Positions 14,636 to 22,852 of a stretch of 37,969 nucleotides of DNA are shown here, in pieces. Source of the stretch: a virus. Lineage: Duplodnaviria > Caudoviricetes. Location of the stretch: positions 1 to 37,969 of IMG/VR virus record IMGVR_UViG_3300002515_000008. The stretch is one strand, 5' to 3'. Positions within the stretch are counted from its first letter, which is position 1, and the number at the start of each line of letters is the position of its first letter. Both the position numbers and the translations under genes were made by a program. The notes under the pieces were generated by a model that saw only the letters and a program-made list of their open reading frames with translations, did no database searches and was not told the origin of the DNA.

Positions 14636-14745
14636 CACTAATCGCGCCCCGTGCTCCCGCACGCTACGAACCTCTAGCCGAGGTCGAGACTTCCGCGCGT
14701 GTTTCGTGCGTGGAATCGCAACGCTCATGCCAAGGTCGAGGGACG

Positions 14746-14777
14746 CAGAAAGCCCCCGCCCATTTCTGGACGGGGGC
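14746..14777 (-). terminator. Intrinsic terminator ending the late/lysis transcript
   Basis: GCCCCCGUCCA-GAAA-UGGGCGGGGGC followed by UUUCUG. Confidence 0.8.
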
Positions 14778-14932
14778 CGACCGCACGCCGCGGGGGAGGG
14801 GCGCGGGGCGATCTGTGGCAGCGCGGTGGGCTTTCGAGGGCCACGCCCGCGCGAGTGCCTGATGAAGTGTCAACGCTGACACGTTTTGATAGTTGATTGA
14901 TAGTTGGCGCATCGTCGCAAATCGCGGGTGCC

Positions 14933-15133
14933 CTACTCTCCGAGCACGGCGCGTCCGAAGTCGCTGCGAACGCGCTGGTACTCACGCATCGCCTCGTGCG
15001 GGTTGTCGCCCTTGCCGGTTGCGAACAGCGCGTCAACGAGCGCATCGGCGGCGGCGATCACTTCGAGCGCGGCGAACTGATGCTCGGTGAGCGTGCGGTG
15101 CAGTTGACGCATCTGCTCGAGGTCCTCGTTCAC
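14933..15133 (-). CDS. Hypothetical protein (66 aa)
   Basis: GTG start with SD AGGAGG. Confidence 0.65.
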   Translation of the reverse strand: MNEDLEQMRQLHRTLTEHQFAALEVIAAADALVDALFATGKGDNPHEAMREYQRVRSDFGRAVLGE

Positions 15134-15250
15134 GGTCGCCTCCTACTCACATGCCGTGTCAGTGACATCGCGTGTCAGTAACCCTCACTCGCGGCCGCGC
15201 ATGGTGAGTGTTGGGACATAACCTGCAACATGCAGCGGCTTGTTGTAGGT

Positions 15251-16519
15251 TCAGACGTAGCGGACGCCCGAGAGCGCGTCGGCCTCGTACTCGAACAGCG
15301 TGAACCGCTTCATGGCGCCCACGTACCCCTCTTCGCGGTGCCACTTGTCCGTGCGCGCGGCGGTGGACAGACTTCTCACCACGACGCCGTACTCGTCGCG
15401 CGTGACCTCGTGGTGGTAGTGGCCGGCGTGAACCTCGCGGACCGTGCCCGCGGCGAACGCCGGGAACTCAGCCATGAAGATACGGTCGAGGTCCTTGCGC
15501 GTCTTGTTGTCGCCATGGGTCATGCCGATGGCGACGCTCCCGAACGTGTGGACCTTGCGCTCCTCTATACGCAGGTCGAACGCGACCTGCGGATACTTCG
15601 CCGCGAGCATCTGGCAGAACGCCCATGACATGCTCTCGTCGTGGTTGCCGATGATGTAGTAGAGGTAGACGGCGGGGGACTGCCCTAGAGCCGTGTCGAT
15701 GATGGCGGAGAAGTAGCGCGTCGCGTCGGCCCACGCCTGCGGCCAGTCCACCGATGACTGTGGCGTCCCATTGCTGGTCGTGTTCTTGAAGTTGTCGCAG
15801 TGGAAGAGATCGGACCCGACCGGAATCAGTACTTGCGCCCACTGGCGGGTTCGGATGTGCGTGATGGTCCGCTCAAGGTTGGGGCGGTACCACTCGAACG
15901 TCGAGTTGCCGAGGTGCATGTCCGTGTTGTTGACCTCGAGCAGTCCGTCGCCATGATCGGGCGTATCAACATGCACCGGCTCGATAGCGCAGACGGCGGC
16001 CACAATGGCTTCCAGGTCGATGCGTGAGGTCAGCGGCCGGACGGTGATGCGCGACGAGTAGAGCGTCGATACGTCGTGACCTTGGCCGTCGCCGCGCTTG
16101 CTGTAGACGTTCCAGATGTTGTTCCGGGCGCTGATGAGCTCCCACTCGCACGCGTCGAAGCCGTGCGCCTTGAGCAGGTACTCGACGTTCTTGGATTGCT
16201 CCGCGCTCATCTCGAGCAGCTTGTCGGACCGCTGAGTACCGTCCTCGAGTATCTCGGTGGACTCGGTGTACGCCTCCGGGTCCTTCTGCGGCTTAGCGGC
16301 GACCTCGTGCGCTTCAGGGGCCGGTTCTCCGACCGGGCGCCCCGTGTTGTCGATCATGGGGACGAGCGCCGGGAACTTGAACCGCATGGCCGCGCGACGG
16401 TCACGCCACGACGACTGCTTGCAGTCGGGGAACGCTTGCCACAACACGGATGCGCCGTTGTGGCCGTGCTCCCGGCAGAACTCCTCCGTGAGCCAATATC
16501 CGCTCGTGTCGCGAGCCAC
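15251..16519 (-). CDS. Calcineurin-like metallophosphoesterase (Mre11/SbcD-like fold, 422 aa)
   Basis: TDMHLG, GSDLFH, IGNHD, THGD and GHYH metal-binding motifs; GTG 16519 with SD GAGGAG. Confidence 0.85.
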   Translation of the reverse strand: MARDTSGYWLTEEFCREHGHNGASVLWQAFPDCKQSSWRDRRAAMRFKFPALVPMIDNTGRPVGEPAPEAHEVAAKPQKDPEAYTESTEILEDGTQRSDKLLEMSAEQSKNVEYLLKAHGFDACEWELISARNNIWNVYSKRGDGQGHDVSTLYSSRITVRPLTSRIDLEAIVAAVCAIEPVHVDTPDHGDGLLEVNNTDMHLGNSTFEWYRPNLERTITHIRTRQWAQVLIPVGSDLFHCDNFKNTTSNGTPQSSVDWPQAWADATRYFSAIIDTALGQSPAVYLYYIIGNHDESMSWAFCQMLAAKYPQVAFDLRIEERKVHTFGSVAIGMTHGDNKTRKDLDRIFMAEFPAFAAGTVREVHAGHYHHEVTRDEYGVVVRSLSTAARTDKWHREEGYVGAMKRFTLFEYEADALSGVRYV

Positions 16520-16624
16520 GGGCGCTCCTCTCCCAGGGAACCATGCACGATCTCGTAGCGTCAAATGGACGTTTGTGTCATGTACTTGCTATTCCGTGCC
16601 GCTAACTAGCAGCCGTAGTTGCTA

Positions 16625-16702
16625 TCAAGATTCGCAGTTGCCGCAGTTTGGACACGGCTCGGACGGGTCGCGCATGATGGTCCCGCACAGTGGGCAGCTC
16701 AC
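16625..16702 (-). CDS. Zinc-ribbon microprotein (25 aa), absent from the ORF track
   Basis: MSCPLCGTIMRDPSEPCPNCGNCES; GTGA overlap with the upstream stop. Confidence 0.45.
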   Translation of the reverse strand: MSCPLCGTIMRDPSEPCPNCGNCES

Positions 16703-17175
16703 TCAGCGCCTCCGTCCTTCTCATCGGGGATGCGTCGCCCCGGCGGTGAGTAGTCGCGACACGTCTCGAACCGCGTGCACACTCCGAGCTCCTGCACCTG
16801 CGTCACGAGCGTGCGGTACGACTTCTCGAGGTCGCCGATGCGGCCCTCGAAGTTGCGCTTCTCCCGGCGCCACTCGTCCTCGCGCTTGCGCCAGTCAACC
16901 CGCTCCTGCGTTACCTGCGCGGCGTTGTACGCGATCTGCTCGGTGAGCAGTTCGTTCTGCTTCTCCAGCATCTCGATGTTGACCTTGGCGACGGATAGCA
17001 CCTGCGCGTCGTCAGCGTTGTCCTGCGCCCGCCCCTTGATCTGGATGTCCTTCTCGTCGCGCTGCGACTTCGTGCGCGCCTGGAGCATGTTGAAGCGCCC
17101 CTGCGCGGCATTGAGCGCCAGCGAACCGACCGCAACAGCGGATGCGACGATGAGGCCGACTTCCTCGCCGGTCAT
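16699..17175 (-). CDS. Membrane-anchored coiled-coil protein of the lysis cassette (158 aa)
   Basis: N-terminal TM (VGLIVASAVAVGSLAL) then a long coiled coil; ATGA overlap with the endolysin. Confidence 0.7.
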   Translation of the reverse strand: MTGEEVGLIVASAVAVGSLALNAAQGRFNMLQARTKSQRDEKDIQIKGRAQDNADDAQVLSVAKVNIEMLEKQNELLTEQIAYNAAQVTQERVDWRKREDEWRREKRNFEGRIGDLEKSYRTLVTQVQELGVCTRFETCRDYSPPGRRIPDEKDGGAE

Positions 17176-17984
17176 CGTAGAATCCCGACTTCGACATAGC
17201 CGTAGCGCCAGATCGGGTACTTGAGTGTCGTGGAAGCGGGCGACATCGCGCGGTACTGGTAAATGCCGATTCGATAACCCCGAGTCCCGACCGAGAAGCC
17301 GCCGGCGGCGTTCGCATTGAGCGTGACCCACGGGCGCCACAGCGTTTCGCCCGGACGGCGGTAGGACACGACGACCTTCGCCATGGGGTAGGTCACGCCC
17401 GAGAGGACGTAGCCCTCGAGGCGGTTCGCGCTGTGCTTCGAGCACGTCAGGCGCACGGTCGGCTTCTCGACGGGCTTGCGCCCCACCTTGTCGAGGATGC
17501 CGTCTGCGATTGCGTGGCCGTAGGCGGAGTGACGCGAACGGATGTCGTGCGCGCCGGTAGCGTTGTCGTGGAACTCGACCTCGATCAGGCACGCAGGAGA
17601 CGCGGGGCCGTTGAGCTCGCCGAGGTCGCCGCGAGACTTGACCGTGTTGTCCTTGCCGACGCTCACGGGAGCGACGCGCGCGTAGAGCTTCTCGGCCATG
17701 TCGCGGCCCGTGGCGCTGCGCGGGTGGTAGAACGCGGTGGTGCCGTCTCCACCTCCGGCGTCGGAGTGGATGGCGTAGTAGTAGCCGTGCGCGCCCATGA
17801 AGGCGTTGCCTTGGTCGACGTTCTCCGACCACGAGGATCCGGTGCCGACCTTGACGTCGTGACCTTGCGCACGGACAAGTGGCGCGACGACCTCCACCAC
17901 GTCTTCCATCTCGACCTGCTCGGTACTTCCACCGGTGTAGGCGTTGTGTACCTGCGTGGACGGACTCAGAAAGACCTTGGCCAT
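17172..17984 (-). CDS. Endolysin, N-acetylmuramoyl-L-alanine amidase (Amidase_3-like) with C-terminal beta-rich domain
   Basis: KVFLSPSTQ...E...AIHSDA...LGEL...PACLIEVEFHDN; SD AAGGAGG; follows the tail genes. Confidence 0.85.
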   Translation of the reverse strand: MAKVFLSPSTQVHNAYTGGSTEQVEMEDVVEVVAPLVRAQGHDVKVGTGSSWSENVDQGNAFMGAHGYYYAIHSDAGGGDGTTAFYHPRSATGRDMAEKLYARVAPVSVGKDNTVKSRGDLGELNGPASPACLIEVEFHDNATGAHDIRSRHSAYGHAIADGILDKVGRKPVEKPTVRLTCSKHSANRLEGYVLSGVTYPMAKVVVSYRRPGETLWRPWVTLNANAAGGFSVGTRGYRIGIYQYRAMSPASTTLKYPIWRYGYVEVGILR

Positions 17985-18041
17985 GGCGATGCCTCCTTGG
18001 GGGATGGTGGTCGTGCGGGGGTCGTGCGATGGTGCGAGCGC

Positions 18042-19130
18042 CTAGACGCTCCCGACTTGCAGCGCGAACGACACGTCAACGACGTTCGTGCCGTCCTTGT
18101 CGATGTGGTCGTCCGCGAACACGCCATCAAACGCCGGGGAGTTGTCACCGATAGGAAGCACGCAGCGGAACAACCGCCCGTAGGCGACGGGCCAACTGTT
18201 GATCGAGTTGTACATCACCTGCGCCATCTCGACCCCGAACTCGCGTATGGTCCCGGTGACGCTTGCCGGGATGCGGACGTCCCACGTCACCTTCCTGTTC
18301 ACAGCGTCCTTGGTTCGCGTGGTCAGGATCGGTGAGCCGGTGAGTGCCGTCAGGACGGCAGCCTGAGAGTTGGCGGGCGCGGTCGCGCTACTCCCGAAGT
18401 AGAGGTTCGGGGTGTAGGCGGCAGAGGACGGTACGGCACCCGTGCTGCCACCGCCTTGGTAGCCGAGCAGCACTCGCATCAACACGTTGGCGGCAGAGCC
18501 ATGCGCTGCATCGGTCCCCGTCCCGAGGAACACGAGATTCGCTCCGTACCCATGAGACAGCGTCAAGTAGACGGTCGATGTCACTGTGACCACTTGCAGG
18601 TCTATCTTCGTGATGGTGAGCGGGTCGCCGTTGCCGTCCACGATGAGAGCGCGGGTGGACAGCGTCCCCGCGTAGGTCCCGCCTCCGCCGCCCAGCCCGA
18701 CCTCCCTGTAGACGTCACCGATCTGGGCACCGGCGGGGATGACCGTCTGTTGCACGACGTTCCCTGTGCTCTGGTCGGATGCGACGGACGACGACACGAC
18801 GGTCGCGGCCTGACTGTATACCGGAGTCGCAAGAGCCGTCTGCGCATGGTCGGGAGCGGTTACGCCGGAGCCGAGGAAGATGCGTCCTCCGAACTGGAGG
18901 TTATAGTGACCACCGTATTCCGCCACACTTCCGCCCATGAATCCGGTGGACCCGTTGTATCCCGCGCACATATCCGAGTCGCCCGCGAGGACGTTGACGA
19001 CCTTGTCTAGCCCTTGGTCGAGTACCACGTTCTCGGCAAAGCCCTCCTGCACGAGCGCACCAGTCTCCGCATCCTTCACCTCGATGTGGAACTTGTTGTG
19101 GAGCCCGATGCCGACCTTCACTTCGCTCAC
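18042..19130 (-). CDS. Tail-tip / fibre-associated protein with two related domains (362 aa)
   Basis: GSGVTAP..QTAL...REVGL and GSSATAP..QAAVL...REFGV; last tail gene before the lysin. Confidence 0.65.
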   Translation of the reverse strand: MSEVKVGIGLHNKFHIEVKDAETGALVQEGFAENVVLDQGLDKVVNVLAGDSDMCAGYNGSTGFMGGSVAEYGGHYNLQFGGRIFLGSGVTAPDHAQTALATPVYSQAATVVSSSVASDQSTGNVVQQTVIPAGAQIGDVYREVGLGGGGGTYAGTLSTRALIVDGNGDPLTITKIDLQVVTVTSTVYLTLSHGYGANLVFLGTGTDAAHGSAANVLMRVLLGYQGGGSTGAVPSSAAYTPNLYFGSSATAPANSQAAVLTALTGSPILTTRTKDAVNRKVTWDVRIPASVTGTIREFGVEMAQVMYNSINSWPVAYGRLFRCVLPIGDNSPAFDGVFADDHIDKDGTNVVDVSFALQVGSV

Positions 19131-19138
19131 GGTGTCTC

Positions 19139-19684
19139 CTAGGCGTTGCTGACGGTGATGGCGAGTCCTTGCAGCGCGACCGTCACGGTTTCGGACGTAG
19201 CGGTAGAGGTTTGTGCGATCGTATGAACGTGTACGTCGAGCGACCCGAGTGCCGCCGTAACCGTCTCCGTGCCGAAGTTGTCGGAGTCGAGAGTGGTCAG
19301 TTCGACAGCCAGAATAGTGACGGCGATCGAACCGAGCGCGACCGTCACGGTCTCGGCGGGAGCGGGCAACGCTGTCAGTTCGGCGTTGAATACCACGATG
19401 GACAGCCCGCCCAGGGCCGCCGTGATCGTCTCGGCAGGAGCAGTCAAGTCGGTCAACGCTACATCGTGAACGTGTACGCCGAGCGACGAGAGCGCGACCG
19501 TCACCGTATCGGCGGGGATCCACCACGGACGTGAGCCGAGGACGACCCGCTTGCCTGCGGTCGCCGACCACTTGCCGAGCACGCAGAGTCCGCCCGGTAT
19601 CGTCGTCCACATACCGATGACGCAAAAGCGGTTGTCGGCTGTCCTGTTGCCGATGTTGATATAGGTACGTCCCGGCTCGGTCAT
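19139..19684 (-). CDS. Minor tail protein with five ~26-aa beta repeats (181 aa)
   Basis: Repeated (D/E)T(V/I)T(V/A)ALxxL units. Confidence 0.6.
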   Translation of the reverse strand: MTEPGRTYINIGNRTADNRFCVIGMWTTIPGGLCVLGKWSATAGKRVVLGSRPWWIPADTVTVALSSLGVHVHDVALTDLTAPAETITAALGGLSIVVFNAELTALPAPAETVTVALGSIAVTILAVELTTLDSDNFGTETVTAALGSLDVHVHTIAQTSTATSETVTVALQGLAITVSNA

Positions 19685-19950
19685 CGCTCAACGCCTACAA
19701 CAACGGTGTCGCCTACCATCGGGACGTATGAAGCGAGGTAGGGGATGTCGGTCTCTACGTGTCCGTCGATGGTCACGTCCACGGTGCCGTTCTCGTACAC
19801 GGTCTCGATGGTTCCGACGAGGAAGCCCACCGTGTTGGTCAGAACCGCACCGCCCTCGTTGGCGAACTGGCGACGGCGTGCCAACTTCAGCTTCTCGAGT
19901 TCGTCGAAGTAGTTGGGCCGCGCGGGGCCGATGCGCACCATGTCGGTCAT
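19681..19950 (-). CDS. Minor tail protein (89 aa)
   Basis: GTIETV...GTVDVTIDG...YLASYVPMVGDTVVV, a small OB-like tail-tip motif. Confidence 0.65.
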   Translation of the reverse strand: MTDMVRIGPARPNYFDELEKLKLARRRQFANEGGAVLTNTVGFLVGTIETVYENGTVDVTIDGHVETDIPYLASYVPMVGDTVVVGVER

Positions 19951-21384
19951 CTAGGCCCCTATCGTCGGCGTGTCGGTCGCGTAGGAGCGCACAAGCTCGG
20001 TCACGCGCTTCATCGTGAGCAGCGGCGGGTCGAACGTCGGGTCGTGCGCCCACACACCGTCGCCGAGACGGACGCGCTCCTCGCTGTACGGGTGCGCCTT
20101 GTGCGACGGGTCGCGGGAGAACATCTGCTCGAGCAGCACGGGATCGACCTCGAACGTGACGGCGGGTTCGCAGGTGAGCAGGCCAGCCTTGTAGGTCGCG
20201 TGGATGAGGGCTTCGGCGGACACGATGTCCGGGTTGTTGTAGACGCCCTCGATGATTCCCCACCGCTCGATGGAGTCAGGGAAGTCGATGTAGTCCACGC
20301 CGGCAGGCTTGTCGCAGGGGTCTCCGCCCGCAAGCGACCAGGCGATGTTGGTGAACGTGACGAAGTTACCGCGGTCGTCGGCCTTGCCCGCTCCGAGCAG
20401 ACGCGTGATGACGCCGATCGAGTCCGACGTGCGTTTCGCGCCCCGCAGGTTCTTCGACCACTCGAAAGTGACGTTGATGTCCTGCCCGATGCGCTTCACC
20501 ATGTCGATGTAGCGATGCGTGATGACGCTCCCGTTGAAGGTCACGCGGAACGCCACTTCGAGGGCGGCCGTCGTGGCGAGGATGCCGATTGCCTCGCCGG
20601 CGCTCTGCATCTCGCGGTACTCGATGTCGTAGCTTCCCGCGTCCTCGATCTCACCGACCTCCCACCGGCTGCCCGCCAGAAGCCCGGCGGCGATGGTGTC
20701 CGGCGACGAAGCGGCGTAGGTCGCGGGCCGCACGATGCGTCCGCGAAGTTCCTGTGCGGCGTTCTCGGCGTGGACGACCTTGTACCGCTTCTCGCCCTCG
20801 CGCACGTCATCGACCGTGACGATGCGCAGGTAGCGAAACTCACCGTCGTCGTTGCGAATCAGGATGGGCGCCTGGTCTGTGACGTACACAGAATCGGCGT
20901 GTGTCGACTCACACGTGAAGTCATACGTGAGGACGCCGGTGAGGTCCTCGGTGTGCGTGTCCGCCCAGAACCTGCACGGTGCGCCGTCATAGCCGCCCTG
21001 CGCGTTTGAGAGCACACACACGGCCTTGTCGTCGCTGTCGAGCACGATGACGACGGGCGTGGTGGTGGATGGAGCGGTGAGCGGCGCGGCGAGCGTATCG
21101 AACTCGGCGTCCGCGCCGTAGGACGTGCCGACGCTGTTTGTGGCGTAGGCGCGGTAGTGGAAGTGCGTCGACTCCGTGAGCGGAGTCATGGACGCGGTGT
21201 ACGTGCCCGTCGTGCCCGCTGCCGCTGCCTTGCTGTCGCCCGTGGTCGGGTTCGCGCTCGCGCCCCAACACACGCCGCGCTCGGTGACGGTCGCGCCGCC
21301 GTCGGAGGTGACGTTGCCGTTTCCTGTGGCGGTGGTCTGCGCGATGGACGACGCGGCTGCGGTGGTTACGGTGGGGGCGGCCAT
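19951..21384 (-). CDS. Tal-like baseplate hub / minor structural protein with N-terminal FN3-like domain (477 aa)
   Basis: SKNLRGAKR...VITRLLGAG...DKPAGVDYI and RVRLGD motifs; directly after Dit. Confidence 0.75.
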   Translation of the reverse strand: MAAPTVTTAAASSIAQTTATGNGNVTSDGGATVTERGVCWGASANPTTGDSKAAAAGTTGTYTASMTPLTESTHFHYRAYATNSVGTSYGADAEFDTLAAPLTAPSTTTPVVIVLDSDDKAVCVLSNAQGGYDGAPCRFWADTHTEDLTGVLTYDFTCESTHADSVYVTDQAPILIRNDDGEFRYLRIVTVDDVREGEKRYKVVHAENAAQELRGRIVRPATYAASSPDTIAAGLLAGSRWEVGEIEDAGSYDIEYREMQSAGEAIGILATTAALEVAFRVTFNGSVITHRYIDMVKRIGQDINVTFEWSKNLRGAKRTSDSIGVITRLLGAGKADDRGNFVTFTNIAWSLAGGDPCDKPAGVDYIDFPDSIERWGIIEGVYNNPDIVSAEALIHATYKAGLLTCEPAVTFEVDPVLLEQMFSRDPSHKAHPYSEERVRLGDGVWAHDPTFDPPLLTMKRVTELVRSYATDTPTIGA

Positions 21385-21388
21385 GGCC

Positions 21389-22852
21389 CTACCTCCAACA
21401 ATCGCGGTGCGTCTCAGTCGCGCCGACGATGGTCCCGTCCGTGGCAACGCTCACGGTCGGCGTGCCAGCGGGCAGCGCGAAGAAGTCACTCTCGAAGTCG
21501 AAGAACTCCATGTAGGGCTCGGGCGATGCGTCGCCAGCGGCGGTGCGGTATATCTTGCCTATCGCGTTGTCGAACGTGAGCGTGTCTCCAGCTACCGCGA
21601 TGATCGGAACATCGTCGTCTGCGGGAGCGTTGATCGATACCACGTCGAACTGCGAGACGAGACACGTGTTCGTGACGGGGGAAGTCCCGTGCTGCGCGAC
21701 ACGCACCTCGACCTCCGCGATGTCGGCGGTTTCCGCTGTCTCTTGCCACGGCGTCGAAGTCTTGACGTAGTAGCGCGTGGCGAAGTCGCCGCGCCCAACC
21801 TTGACCGTCCACTTGCCCGCGACGCGCGTGACCCACAGGAAGCCCGCGAAGTCGTTGTAGTTGGTTGACTTCGTGGTGCCGGTCGTCTCGAGCAGCACCT
21901 TGCTTCCGACGAGGAACGTAGCGGTGTTGCGCGCGACGGACACCGACGAATCATGGAGGTGCATCTGCGCGACGATAGCGTGAGCGGCATCGAGGAAGTA
22001 GATGGAGACGTAGACCATCGAACCCTTGGGCGTGAGGTTGTCGAGCCCGATACGGACAGTGCTGTCGAAGTCATGCACGGGCGAGCCGAGCACCTTGCGG
22101 ATCGTGGGGCCGTGCCAGCCCGCGCCAGTCCCGAATGAACCGCCTGACGCCTTGGGCGAGAAGTTCGTTCCCGAGGTCGCCATAGTGCCCGCGACAGCGC
22201 CGCCACTCGTGCCCGTGCCCCAACCCGTCAGCGACGAGCAGTCGTCGTGGAGGATGGACGTGCGGGGGACGAACGGGGTCGCGTCTACGGGGACGGGCGA
22301 GCCGATCTGGACGTAGCTGTCGCCGCACGAGACTCGCGCGAACGTGGCGGGCGCTGTGAACGGAAGCACGAACACGGGCTTGGTCGGAGCGCCACCTGCG
22401 TTCGTGACGGTCGTATCGAAGGGGGACACGTCAGTCGTGGTGTCGAGCGCGGTCGTGGTGTCGACGGCGGCCCAGCGTGTGGGGTTCGGACACACGAAGC
22501 GCAGCGTGCCGCGCCGTGCGGTGCCGATCCACGCGAGGTCAATGCCGCCGTCGAGCATGGCGAACACGATGCGGGTGGGATCGGCATCGAGGATGAGCGC
22601 GGCGGGGGCGTCGGTGGTCGCCCATGCGATGAGCAAGTCCTCGCGCGCGATTGCCTCGGCGATTGTGGACGCGTCGACGGTGACTGCGAACTCGAACACG
22701 CGAACGCCGTCCGTGTACCCGCTCAGATACGCACCGGGCATCCCCGGCACGCTCTCCAGCGTGAGGGATCGCTCGGGCGCGGGCGTGTCCGGCGCCTCGA
22801 ACACGATCCAGGAGGGAGCGGCGGTACCGTTGAAGGTGATCACGTTGCTCAT
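21389..22852 (-). CDS. Distal tail protein (Dit) with central insertion (487 aa)
   Basis: MSNVITFNG...SVPGMPGAY...LILDADP...GTLRFVCPNP and C-terminal SDFFALPAG...W; follows the TMP. Confidence 0.8.
   Translation of the reverse strand: MSNVITFNGTAAPSWIVFEAPDTPAPERSLTLESVPGMPGAYLSGYTDGVRVFEFAVTVDASTIAEAIAREDLLIAWATTDAPAALILDADPTRIVFAMLDGGIDLAWIGTARRGTLRFVCPNPTRWAAVDTTTALDTTTDVSPFDTTVTNAGGAPTKPVFVLPFTAPATFARVSCGDSYVQIGSPVPVDATPFVPRTSILHDDCSSLTGWGTGTSGGAVAGTMATSGTNFSPKASGGSFGTGAGWHGPTIRKVLGSPVHDFDSTVRIGLDNLTPKGSMVYVSIYFLDAAHAIVAQMHLHDSSVSVARNTATFLVGSKVLLETTGTTKSTNYNDFAGFLWVTRVAGKWTVKVGRGDFATRYYVKTSTPWQETAETADIAEVEVRVAQHGTSPVTNTCLVSQFDVVSINAPADDDVPIIAVAGDTLTFDNAIGKIYRTAAGDASPEPYMEFFDFESDFFALPAGTPTVSVATDGTIVGATETHRDCWR

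Noticed and set aside
15211-15240. Possible dif-like Xer site (minus strand ...gcatgt-tgcagg-TTATGTccc)
   Set aside because: Only TTATGT matches; the rest of both arms diverges too far to support XerCD integration.
16560-16625. Promoter for the phosphoesterase in the AT-richer spacer
   Set aside because: TTGATA and TTGACG hexamers are present, but no -10 at an acceptable spacing.
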